Below, piece by piece: positions 16,379 through 25,617 of a DNA stretch of 64,000 nucleotides. The notes beneath the pieces are model-generated. The model had not been told where the DNA came from, ran no database searches, and was given only the letters and a program-made list of their open reading frames with translations. Each line of letters begins with the position of its first letter. The stretch's first letter is position 1. The stretch is taken from assembly GCA_977020255.1 (NCBI GenBank), contig CDROCS010000666.1, positions 1 through 64,000 on the forward strand, in the 5' to 3' direction. The position numbers and the translations under genes are program-made. The stretch is from Obrimoposthia wandeli. Its lineage: Eukaryota.

Positions 16379-17359
16379 ATGGATATACCTAAACCACTAA
16401 ATTCAACATCTAGCCAGTTCTTACAAAAGTTTACCGCTTTTATACGAGTTCGAGGGCTTAGTTATGCAACAGAAAAAACGTATCTACATTGGGTGAAGCG
16501 ATTCATCTTATTTAATCGATACCGTTCGATGGATGAAATAAGTACTAACGATATCGCCAGTTTTCTTGAACACCTTGCGCTAAAACTGGATGTTACAGTC
16601 AATACACAAAAAACCGCGCTTAATGCGTTAGTCTTCCTTTGTCGAGAATATTTACAGCAAGATACTGCTCAGTTAAAATTTAAACGTTCAAAAAAACCAT
16701 CTAAATTACCCACCGTATTTACTCATCAAGAAGCCACGGATGTTATAAATCACATTCCCTACCCGTTCAAACTTGCAACGCAATTAATGTATGGCAGTGG
16801 GTTACGCTTAAATGAAGCACTTAGGTTAAGGGTTGAAGATATCGACCTCGAAAATAGTGCATTAACAGTAAGAAGTGGGAAAGGTGATAAAGATCGACAA
16901 AGTTTACTGCCTCACTCATTGCATGATGCACTGAAAACTCAAATCGAAACCGTTCAACTTCTTCATAATGAAGATTTAAGAAATGGTTTTGGTGATGTAT
17001 ACATGCCAAATGCTATTGCGCGTAAGTACCCTGCTCGTAGTGAAAGTTTAGGATGGCAGTATTTATTTCCCGCAAACAAGTTGAGTATTGATCCCCGTTC
17101 CGATAAAAAAATGCGACACCATGTGATGGATAGAACACTTCAGGGTTATGTGCGAAAAGCGCTACTGCAAACGAACATCGTAAAAAAAGCAGGATGCCAT
17201 ACTTTCAGACATTCTTTCGCAACACGATTACTTGAAGCAGGAACCGATCTTCGAAATATTCAGGAATTACTCGGACATACAGATATCAAAACAACGCAAA
17301 TTTATACCCATGTAGCGGGTGTGCACCATAGTGGTGTAATCAGCCCATTAGACCGATGA
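16379..17359 (+). CDS. intI: Integron integrase
   Basis: Tyrosine recombinase motifs GLRLNE, HTFRHSF, LGH..TTQIY plus the integron-specific insert VYMP..RKYP..WQYLFP..RHH. Confidence 0.98.
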   Translation: MDIPKPLNSTSSQFLQKFTAFIRVRGLSYATEKTYLHWVKRFILFNRYRSMDEISTNDIASFLEHLALKLDVTVNTQKTALNALVFLCREYLQQDTAQLKFKRSKKPSKLPTVFTHQEATDVINHIPYPFKLATQLMYGSGLRLNEALRLRVEDIDLENSALTVRSGKGDKDRQSLLPHSLHDALKTQIETVQLLHNEDLRNGFGDVYMPNAIARKYPARSESLGWQYLFPANKLSIDPRSDKKMRHHVMDRTLQGYVRKALLQTNIVKKAGCHTFRHSFATRLLEAGTDLRNIQELLGHTDIKTTQIYTHVAGVHHSGVISPLDR

Positions 17360-17535
17360 TTTTCCATGCTACCGCCCATAAAGTCCAGAAAATCAGACTA
17401 AAATATGTTAGTTGCACAATTTTACATACCATAACAAATATGTATGTAACGACCTATCAAACATTATGGTAAAGAGTGAAAATCATTAAGTAGATCAATG
17501 TATTGGTTATAACATCGAACATTTTTGATGGTATA

Positions 17536-17801
17536 TGTACCCAAGTTACCTCAAAATGCAGGATTCAGAGTGATCTCAGCGTATTTAATTCAAGGAAAAT
17601 GTGTGTAGGAATGGCATTCCCTTTCAAGCACATTTGACACAGAAGTAGATACGCTGAATCATTCCCGAAGGGCGAGTTTTGTTGGGCTCTATGCGGTGTT
17701 ACTTATTTTCAACGTAGAACGACTAGGTCTATAAATAAGTGCCTTGCCTAGAGCCCAACAAATTCTCGCTGAAACGAGCATCTTGAGGTTACTTGGGTAT
17801 A
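17536..17801. repeat. ERIC-like MITE, 266 bp, copy 1
   Basis: TIR tacccaagttacctcaa(a)atgc / gcatcttgaggttacttgggta; near-identical to 37092-37357. Confidence 0.88.
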
Positions 17802-17807
17802 AGCTAA

Positions 17808-17849
17808 AAAGCCCATTATCTAAATGCGTTAACATTGATAATGGGCTTT
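17808..17849. terminator. Intrinsic terminator hairpin after the ABC operon
   Basis: aaagcccattatc...gataatgggcttt. Confidence 0.7.
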
Positions 17850-17875
17850 AAATACACAGTGTTTTGATTAATGGC

Positions 17876-18775
17876 CTACAGTTTTAGCTCCCAGCGCTCA
17901 AGTGGGTTATCAGGGGAAATACCTTTCCCTCCCCAGCGATCGACACTATCAATTACCATGATTCGTTCTGGATTAGGGACGATTGTTTGCAGCTGTTTGC
18001 TCACCTTTTTAGAGGTTAACAACCATAAGGTTTCATCTTCATTCATTAACGCAATAAGTGCTTTCTTATCATTTTCAGTCCACTCAAGCTCTGGCTTTGT
18101 AAGACGCTCAACAACAAACAACTGATTACCCGATGCAAAATCTTCTAGCTCTTCAGACAATAAAACAACAGAATCGATTCCATTTTCGATAAGTACTTGC
18201 TGCTGCTTGTTGATTAACTGACGAACAGCAATCATCAACTGCTGCTGATTTTTCTCGATTATTTTAGCTTGCTCTGGCCAAACACGTTGTAAGTCTTGGC
18301 TTACAATCGCGGTCATTCTTGTTAGGTTCGTTGGGTTTAACCAAGCAAATAATGACATACGCCCATCATCAAGACGTAATGCAGCAACACCTTGCGCCCT
18401 TGGCGAGATAGCTTGTGATGCATCGATTTCAATTAAGCCGATGTTGCCTTGCCTTGCATGAACAAACAATGCATCTTGCGGCCAAATTGCCCCAAGTGTT
18501 ATTGCCACAGTGGCTTTCTCGCCAGCTTTCACTGTTGATTCTGCACCTTTACCACTAAACCAATTAGGTAAGCGAGATACACCATAACGTTTTGGCGGTA
18601 AATAACCCGTGGTTATTTCTGTACCTTTGGTTAATTCAGTCGCCAGCATATACGTAACGGGCGTTGCCGTTAATATATCGTCTGCTTTCACAACCGCAGA
18701 CGTTAAAAGAGTACTGAGCGCTAAAAGTGAAACGGTAGTTTTAATAAGGCGATTTTTTATTGGAATGTTAAACAC
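17876..18775 (-). CDS. Second periplasmic binding protein of cluster A-I fold, FpvF-like
   Basis: Signal peptide; TroA-like fold with the His ligand motifs degenerate; position in operon. Confidence 0.8.
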   Translation of the reverse strand: MFNIPIKNRLIKTTVSLLALSTLLTSAVVKADDILTATPVTYMLATELTKGTEITTGYLPPKRYGVSRLPNWFSGKGAESTVKAGEKATVAITLGAIWPQDALFVHARQGNIGLIEIDASQAISPRAQGVAALRLDDGRMSLFAWLNPTNLTRMTAIVSQDLQRVWPEQAKIIEKNQQQLMIAVRQLINKQQQVLIENGIDSVVLLSEELEDFASGNQLFVVERLTKPELEWTENDKKALIALMNEDETLWLLTSKKVSKQLQTIVPNPERIMVIDSVDRWGGKGISPDNPLERWELKL

Positions 18776-18781
18776 GTTTAG

Positions 18782-19657
18782 TTATCCCTTTCGAACGATG
18801 CGGTAACAGGTTGCAATTAAAAAGAAGAAAGCCGACACAATAATAATTGCCGCACCAGAAGGAACAGGTAACTTTAATTCCATTGGAAGCACAGTACCAA
18901 TTAGGCAACTTATCGTGGCTAATAAGGCAGACATCAGTACGAAACTGCCCATGTTTTTCGTTAATAATCGTGCCGTTGCACCGGGAATCAATAGCAGAGC
19001 GCCCACTAATACAGCACCCACAATTTTGACTGAGGCGATGGTCACTAATGTAATCATCATCACAAACAGGTAGTCATAAAAATTGGTGACATACCCACGT
19101 ACTCGGGCAATATCGGGGCTAATGCAGGTCAGCAATATCCGGTTAAACGTCGGAATTAATACCAAGACGATTAGCGCACAACTCACGGCTAATATCAGCA
19201 AGTCATAATCTGTCACTGTTAGTATTGAACCAAACAATACGTTTTCAAGCATGTGGATATTAATCTTGCGGGCCACATACATCAGAAGTGCAGCACCAAC
19301 CGCCAATGCTAACGCCAAAAACACACCGACAAGGGTATCGTATGGCACATTGGTGCGATTTCGTACGAAATGCAGCAGCAGAGCGAAGATCATACAGAAG
19401 CAGAATAAGCCAATAATAGGATTTTCAGGTGGTTCACCCAGTAATACACCCAAGGCAATACCGGTTAATGCCGCATGCCCTACCGCCTCTGAAAAGAAGG
19501 CTAAACGTTTGGCTATAACAAGAGTGCCTAATCCGCCAAGAAGTGGACCTAACAATAAAGCAGCAACAACAGCATTCACCATAAATGAATAAGAAAAGCT
19601 GTCGCTAAGCCAACCCGCATCAACCCCCAGTTGAGCCCATAAACGGATATATTCCAT
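18782..19657 (-). CDS. Metal ABC transporter permease (ABC-3), FpvE-like
   Basis: AFFSEAVGHAALTG, LFGSIL motifs. Confidence 0.93.
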   Translation of the reverse strand: MEYIRLWAQLGVDAGWLSDSFSYSFMVNAVVAALLLGPLLGGLGTLVIAKRLAFFSEAVGHAALTGIALGVLLGEPPENPIIGLFCFCMIFALLLHFVRNRTNVPYDTLVGVFLALALAVGAALLMYVARKINIHMLENVLFGSILTVTDYDLLILAVSCALIVLVLIPTFNRILLTCISPDIARVRGYVTNFYDYLFVMMITLVTIASVKIVGAVLVGALLLIPGATARLLTKNMGSFVLMSALLATISCLIGTVLPMELKLPVPSGAAIIIVSAFFFLIATCYRIVRKG

Positions 19658-20415
19658 TACGCGACCTCCTTCTGGTTATCTGTTACTGATTCACTTTCAA
19701 CCTTTGATACTGGCTGAATACTGTAGTGATTAAACAAACGCTCGATTTTTTCTGGTACTAACACTTCAGACACGGAACCGCTATCAACTAGGTGACGATT
19801 CACAACATGCACATGCCCATTCAAGCGACGAACAGCACTTACATCGTGATGCACGGCTAAAATCGTTTTGTTTTCTTGTACTAATTCGTGGATCAAACCT
19901 TCAAGGTAACGCACACCTTGTTCATCCATACCCGTTGTTGGTTCATCCAATACCAGTAAGTCAGGGCTGTCTAATAACGCTTGAGCGAACAATACCCGTT
20001 GTTGCTCACCACCAGAAAGTTGCCCCATTCGACGATCGGCACGGCTTGCCATGCCAACACGATCAAGTTGCACTAAGGCATAGTCTTGTTCTTTCTTTCG
20101 TTTACGCCAAAACAAAGGATTTCGGCTTTGGTTAAGCAGAATAAAATCCATTACCGTAAAAGGTAAGCTTGATTCAAACGTCGCTTTTTGCGGAACATAG
20201 CCAATCGTACCTTTCTGCTCTGCCCATTCAATTTGAATATCACCACTAAATGGCGTTAGGCCAAGAATAGAGCGTAACAATGACGTTTTTCCGCCGCCGT
20301 TAGGGCCCATTACAACATGGCACTGACCCGCTTGAAGTTGGTGAGTAATACCTTGTAAAATTACGTTGTCGCCATATTTCAGACCAACATTGTTTAAACG
20401 AATACTTGGACCCAC
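19657..20415 (-). CDS. Metal ABC transporter ATPase, FpvD-like
   Basis: GPNGGGKT, LSGGEQQR, LDEPT. Confidence 0.95.
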   Translation of the reverse strand: MGPSIRLNNVGLKYGDNVILQGITHQLQAGQCHVVMGPNGGGKTSLLRSILGLTPFSGDIQIEWAEQKGTIGYVPQKATFESSLPFTVMDFILLNQSRNPLFWRKRKKEQDYALVQLDRVGMASRADRRMGQLSGGEQQRVLFAQALLDSPDLLVLDEPTTGMDEQGVRYLEGLIHELVQENKTILAVHHDVSAVRRLNGHVHVVNRHLVDSGSVSEVLVPEKIERLFNHYSIQPVSKVESESVTDNQKEVA

Positions 20416-20417
20416 AA

Positions 20418-21377
20418 TCAGTTTCCTTGCTTCGTTGCGACAAATTTCATTGCTTCAACCAGTGTTGTTAAATTCTCTTTCATTTCAATGGCAACTTTAT
20501 CGCTTTCATACTCACCATGCGTCATGTGAGAAAAACGATATAGTTGAACACCCGTCGCCTCTTCAATGGTTTCTACATAGCGATTTGGCATATTCAATTC
20601 GTAAAAAAGAACATCGATACCGGATTCCCGAATTTTCTCGATGGTGCCTTGAAGCTGGCTTGCACTTGGCTCAACACCATGTGCAGGCTCAATCACTGTC
20701 GCGACATCGACACCAAATTCTTGCAGAATATAACCGTAGGCATTGTGTGTTGTCGCTACTTTCATACCGGCAGTATCAAGATCACCCAACGTCAACATCG
20801 CTTCGCGTTTCATCATGCGAAATTGCGTTGCATAAGCACGGGCATTTTTACGGTATGTACGCGCATTATCAGGGTCAATTTTCGCCAGTTCACTGGCAAT
20901 GGTGTAAACCTTTTGAATGGTTGTTGAAAGGCCAACAAACGTATGGGGATTAACAGCCCCGTCTCCCACCGATTCACCCAATGCAGGTAATAGCGGTACA
21001 TCTTTATTGGCTTCTATTACGATAAGATCATCACGATTGGCTGCTTTTATCACTTTAAGGGCAAAATCATCATGACCAATACCATTAACAACAATCACAT
21101 CCATCTGCTTTAAACGGCGTAAGTCATTCGGCTGTGGTAAATAGTTATGCGGGTTAAAACCAGCATCAACTAATGGCAATACATTCGCTTTATCACCCAC
21201 AACCGCTTTAACGTAGCTATAGTAAGGCTGAAGTGTAATACCAATGGTCAGCTTATCGTTGCCTTGGTTATTCGAAGAATCCGTAACAGCATTTTGAGTA
21301 GAATCTTGCGCATGTACTAGGCTTGCACCTAAAACGAAAATAACGGTCGTTGCCGCTTTAATAAATTTGGAGATCAT
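20418..21377 (-). CDS. Metal ABC substrate-binding protein, FpvC-like
   Basis: NPHNY, NPHTF, THNAY metal-ligand motifs. Confidence 0.93.
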   Translation of the reverse strand: MISKFIKAATTVIFVLGASLVHAQDSTQNAVTDSSNNQGNDKLTIGITLQPYYSYVKAVVGDKANVLPLVDAGFNPHNYLPQPNDLRRLKQMDVIVVNGIGHDDFALKVIKAANRDDLIVIEANKDVPLLPALGESVGDGAVNPHTFVGLSTTIQKVYTIASELAKIDPDNARTYRKNARAYATQFRMMKREAMLTLGDLDTAGMKVATTHNAYGYILQEFGVDVATVIEPAHGVEPSASQLQGTIEKIRESGIDVLFYELNMPNRYVETIEEATGVQLYRFSHMTHGEYESDKVAIEMKENLTTLVEAMKFVATKQGN

Positions 21378-21444
21378 GAGTGACTACCGTGTTTCTTCAA
21401 AAGAAAAGAACATATGTGATTAATTGAAAACAAAAGGCATGTTG

Positions 21445-22053
21445 TTAATGCGTTTGTTCATCTTGGTGGCTAGCTGTATCTAGCTGGATGGCTTTATCTG
21501 CATGTGCAAAAACGACCTGTTTCCAACCGGCATTCATTAACCACATTTTGTCTAATTGACTACCAGCAGACATGAAAGGCTTTGCATTTCTTGACAGATT
21601 CAGCCAAATATCAGGATCTGCCTGAGCAGTATGTAGAATGGTCGATACCGTGCCAAAATCCAGTTCAGGAATGCCTTGATAAAATGCAGGGGCTACTTTG
21701 CTCCAGGCATGTTTGCCTTTTCGTTCCCAGCTTTTATCTTTAATAAAAGGCGCAATCCACAAGACTTCAAGCTCTGAAATGTCAGCCCATATTTCACGGT
21801 TTTCAAAATCAATACCGTCTTGATAAATGTTGCGAATTTCTTCATGCGCTAACCGTAGTTCAGCGATCATCGCTAATGATTCGGTATCGAGATCTTTAAT
21901 CGAAATTTGATAACTTTTTACGGCTTGCTGCGCTATTGCCGCCTGATGATAAGGTAACAATAAAGTCGCAACAGCGAGGATTAATGTAATGGATAACGCT
22001 ATCCATTTACCCTCTCGACCACCATCATCACTGCGTACCGTTTGAATGATCAT
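21445..22053 (-). CDS. DUF6162 family protein, FpvK-like
   Basis: N-terminal TM; AELRLAHEEI, APF.KD.SW..KGKHAW. Confidence 0.75.
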   Translation of the reverse strand: MIIQTVRSDDGGREGKWIALSITLILAVATLLLPYHQAAIAQQAVKSYQISIKDLDTESLAMIAELRLAHEEIRNIYQDGIDFENREIWADISELEVLWIAPFIKDKSWERKGKHAWSKVAPAFYQGIPELDFGTVSTILHTAQADPDIWLNLSRNAKPFMSAGSQLDKMWLMNAGWKQVVFAHADKAIQLDTASHQDEQTH

Positions 22054-22382
22054 TTTTCTGAAATCTCGACAACATCCACTTCAACAGGGTTTTCGTGCCC
22101 AGCATCAAAAACTAAATAGAAATCTGACTCTGGCTTAGCAAATTCAGCAATAGAACGCTTATCCGTCGTCACTTTCGCCACCAAGTTATCATCGTAATCA
22201 TACATATTGACGTCATAATCGATTGCTTTACTGCCATCACTATAACCTGCTTCACAAGCGACTTTGTCGCCTTCAAACCAACATGTCATTAAAGGAAAAT
22301 GGGCACTTGCCGCAGACGAAAAAAGGACAGATAAAGACAGTGCAGAGAAAGATAAAAGTGACAAACCGATGTGTTTTTTCAT
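22050..22382 (-). CDS. Small periplasmic protein, FpvJ-like
   Basis: Signal peptide ending AH; C..GYSDGS and FYLVFDAG motifs. Confidence 0.75.
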   Translation of the reverse strand: MKKHIGLSLLSFSALSLSVLFSSAASAHFPLMTCWFEGDKVACEAGYSDGSKAIDYDVNMYDYDDNLVAKVTTDKRSIAEFAKPESDFYLVFDAGHENPVEVDVVEISEK

Positions 22383-22520
22383 GACAACCTCAACAACGTT
22401 ATAAACAACCTATTAATCGCTATAACGATTGTTATAAATGCGTTTTATAAATAACTTCGATAAAAAGAAAGAACCATAGCTTGCGCAGCTTTACGTAAGC
22501 TAGGTTATTAATAAACAGAA

Positions 22521-23360
22521 TTACTTCAGCATGGCTTCAAACGTAAAGTGAACATTCACGCTTGCCGTATCTGCTAATGGGTTATTCTTCAACTCACCTT
22601 TATAGTTCGCTTTCATCAAATAGCGACCTGCAACGTCTGGTGTAAAGGTTACTTTGCCTTCGTTATCGCTGATAACATCAATCTGTTCTTGTTGGTTACG
22701 GTATAACGTACCTTCGCGTGTAATTTCTGCTGTTACACCCTGCTGAGGTTCACCGTTAAAGTAGAACTGGAAGCTAACGTCTTCACCTTCAACAATATCT
22801 GAAGGGTGGGTAATTGGCAGTAATTCAAGGTACTTGCCATCCATTTCTAATGCTTTGTCTGTTGGCTTGCCTACAGTTATGTAACTTTCTGCACGCGTAA
22901 AGCTAAGTTGAGTAACCACATCGCGTGATTTTTCTGGTAATAATGTATCCCGTTCTGCTTTATTGGCTGGTGCCCATTTCACGGTATCGCGGCGACCTGC
23001 TTTGTATTGGGTGTAGTAACTTGGCACATTGTTAATTTGAACTTTGTGTGTGCCTTCTTCTTCAAAATAGAAATCAAAGATTGAGCGACGTTTTCCGCGA
23101 ATAACAAAGTTAGGGCGCTCTTTACGACCATCAGGCATTACAACTTGTGCCGATTCACTACCCGCAGGTTTATCAAACACAAACGTACCGTGTGACGCTG
23201 TAACGTCAAACGTTAGCCAATCACCCCCTTCTTTCGACACTGTAAAGTGTGAAGGTAATACCCAACGAGGGTGAGCATTCGCAGTTGCAGTTGCCGCTAA
23301 ACCAGCAACAACCGTACAAGCCATAGTTAACGCTTTTAGCTTTTTATTATTAAGCATCAT
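22521..23360 (-). CDS. DUF4198 domain periplasmic protein
   Basis: Signal peptide then H..W.LPS; LELLPITHPS. Confidence 0.85.
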   Translation of the reverse strand: MMLNNKKLKALTMACTVVAGLAATATANAHPRWVLPSHFTVSKEGGDWLTFDVTASHGTFVFDKPAGSESAQVVMPDGRKERPNFVIRGKRRSIFDFYFEEEGTHKVQINNVPSYYTQYKAGRRDTVKWAPANKAERDTLLPEKSRDVVTQLSFTRAESYITVGKPTDKALEMDGKYLELLPITHPSDIVEGEDVSFQFYFNGEPQQGVTAEITREGTLYRNQQEQIDVISDNEGKVTFTPDVAGRYLMKANYKGELKNNPLADTASVNVHFTFEAMLK

Positions 23361-23430
23361 GTTTTCTCTAATTCATTAATTTGATAATCACGTAAGAAAC
23401 TTTTATCGAGCCCCTTACTTAAATTGCTTG

Positions 23431-23967
23431 TTAACGCACTTTATAACTAATCGAGACATCGCCAGTTTCTTCTGTTGGCGCAATGTTATGAACAAATGCG
23501 GTATCGCTTAATTGCAGCTTCTGACGTAAATAGTTTCGACCACCATGTTCACGAACAACTTCAGCATAAAAGGTATAGTCACCCTGCTCTACACGGTTAC
23601 CTTGGTCGTCTAAACCATCCCATACAAAGCGGTATTCACCCGCAGGACGGGTTGCAGAGGTAACGGCATCAACCAATTCACGATCATAACGACCGACTTT
23701 ACGCCACCAGCTGCGTAAATCTTTTAGCCACTCATCTTTACCCACCCATAACTCAACAGTTCGTACTGATTTACGGTTCGCATCTTCAATCCATACAGCT
23801 ACGTATGGTCGGGCGTACATGGCGGTATCTATTTTAGGCAGCTCAAACTCAACCTCTATCTTTGCATTTTCAGGAATAGGGGCTGCGTGTAAAACAAGAG
23901 GAAATACCAAAGCAAGCGCAGCCACTAACCGGCTTTTTTTTATTCTTTGAGGAAAAACAGATGACAT
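23431..23967 (-). CDS. DUF2271 domain periplasmic protein
   Basis: Y.RPYVAVWIED, DLRSWWR, DAVTSATRPAG. Confidence 0.88.
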   Translation of the reverse strand: MSSVFPQRIKKSRLVAALALVFPLVLHAAPIPENAKIEVEFELPKIDTAMYARPYVAVWIEDANRKSVRTVELWVGKDEWLKDLRSWWRKVGRYDRELVDAVTSATRPAGEYRFVWDGLDDQGNRVEQGDYTFYAEVVREHGGRNYLRQKLQLSDTAFVHNIAPTEETGDVSISYKVR

Positions 23968-24006
23968 AACAAACCTTTAAAGTCAGTACCAAATTACGTT
24001 TTGATC

Positions 24007-24654
24007 TTAAGGAACAGCAACAAAGAAAATCAGCAACGATATGATTGAGCCAAACAACGTCCATTTAATCGCGGTATTGAACGTCTTCTTCTTTGGCACG
24101 AGTAAGCACACGCCTGTAAGTACAAAAAGCACCATCAATAAGGCAGTAATATCGATGAACCACTTCCACACCTCACCGCTATTTCGCCCCTTATGAAGGT
24201 CGTTAAGAACGGCAACCAATCCATAATGTGATTTCTCGACAACCGCTTCTCTTGCTAGCATGTCGATAAACACAGCAACGTTATAACCTGGCCCTTTATA
24301 GTCCATAGAGATCTCACCTTCGATCAGCTCTCCATCTTCTACTTCAGTGAAAACTTGTAACGCAGAGGGCTTACCAGATAACTGAGCATGCTTAGTTAGG
24401 TAGTCTATAATTGCAGCTTCGTTAGGCACAAAAGGGCCTTGTTCGGACTGGAATAAATCAGCGGGTAATGAAAGTATCTGTTCACTACTATCAGGTTCAC
24501 TTTTCACGAAAATTTCAGGACGATTTAACGTTATCCCTGTCACTGAAAAAAACAGCACGACTAAGAGCAAAGCCATCGAAATGTAAATATGTAGGCGACG
24601 AGCCCAAACCTGAACGGCTTTATTTTTTAGCATCGTTTTATTATTTGATGACAT
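24007..24654 (-). CDS. PepSY-associated TM helix domain protein
   Basis: RRLH.Y.S, FSVTGITLN, LNDLHKGR; start placed at ATG 24654. Confidence 0.88.
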   Translation of the reverse strand: MSSNNKTMLKNKAVQVWARRLHIYISMALLLVVLFFSVTGITLNRPEIFVKSEPDSSEQILSLPADLFQSEQGPFVPNEAAIIDYLTKHAQLSGKPSALQVFTEVEDGELIEGEISMDYKGPGYNVAVFIDMLAREAVVEKSHYGLVAVLNDLHKGRNSGEVWKWFIDITALLMVLFVLTGVCLLVPKKKTFNTAIKWTLFGSIISLLIFFVAVP

Positions 24655-24700
24655 GTAAACAGCTGTATCGTGACGTTGTATATTGAGTGCACACAACTTA

Positions 24701-24719
24701 ATTGATAATCGTTTACATT
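24701..24719. promoter_or_regulatory. Fur-like box upstream of the PepSY-DUF2271-DUF4198-fpv-like operon
   Basis: Minus strand AATGTAAACGATTATCAAT matches 14/19 of AATGATAATCATTATCATT. Confidence 0.65.
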
Positions 24720-24742
24720 GGCATTCAATTTACATTATTTAC

Positions 24743-24880
24743 TTTGACGGGTCGTCGCGGTTAGAACATAGAAACAGTATTGAAGGGATTATTTATTGCT
24801 TACGCATTGGCATTTCTTGGCGAAATTTACCCTCTAACTTGGGAAATTCAAGGGTGAGATTACGTCGTTTAAACCTTTGA
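24743..24880 (+). pseudogene. IS5-family (IS427-like, DUF4096) transposase fragment
   Basis: EHRNSIEGIIYCLRIGISWRNLPSNLG matches the R..EGI...R.G..WRDLP..FG motif; no start or C-terminus. Confidence 0.75.
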
Positions 24881-24888
24881 TTAAAAAT

Positions 24889-25164
24889 TTAGCGACGCTG
24901 ACACGAAGTACACCCGCGACAAGCAGAACGGGAGTGAGGATCCATACGACTTCGCTGCACTTTGCAATACGCATTTTTAAGGGCGCGACGGGCTGAAAAC
25001 CAATCATCTGGTTTTTCAAGCAGCAAATACCCATTAAAGCGCTTCACTAATTGTGTACGGTTTTCATTAATAAAACGGCTATCAAAGCCAATGTCAAAAT
25101 ACTCTAACGCTTGCTCTATTGAAGTAAAGTTAGCGATAGTTTGTTGAATATTGCGTTGGCTCAT
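24889..25164 (-). CDS. NifW-like protein with C-terminal CxxCxxC
   Basis: E..LEYF.I.FD..F...NR..LVKRFNGYL resembles NifW; no nif genes nearby. Confidence 0.7.
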   Translation of the reverse strand: MSQRNIQQTIANFTSIEQALEYFDIGFDSRFINENRTQLVKRFNGYLLLEKPDDWFSARRALKNAYCKVQRSRMDPHSRSACRGCTSCQRR

Positions 25165-25617
25165 AATCTAAACTGATGGAATTATTTCCACCAGTTTAGA
25201 AGTGCATGGTATTTCAATCATTGATATAACGCGTATTTCGCTCAATTTTATATACTCTCTTGGTACATAAGCGCTACACAGTCATTATGTCTATTTTTTA
25301 AACGCCATAACTTGCCAACTTGCTCTCTATAATTATCGTTTAAAGAAACTTGCAGACAAAGCTTCTGTTGAGGATTATTTGCAATCGTCACAATTTTACG
25401 TAAATAAATACTCTCTAGTTAAATATTGAAATTAAACCTAAGGTATAAATCATTCCCATACGCATGCTCCCGACAGGGAGAACCAAAACTGTAATTTGAG
25501 TCACAAAATAAAGAAAAATCATGTAATTAATGTCATTGGCATGTGACTCTAATCACGTAGATTTTATATTGACTAATGTAACATTTGTGTAATTACTCTA
25601 AATGGTACGCCATCCCA

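Noticed and set aside
20366-21001. Plus-strand ORFs of 195, 127 and 62 aa, and similar antisense ORFs across 17-63 kb
   Set aside because: Shadow frames of well-supported genes on the opposite strand
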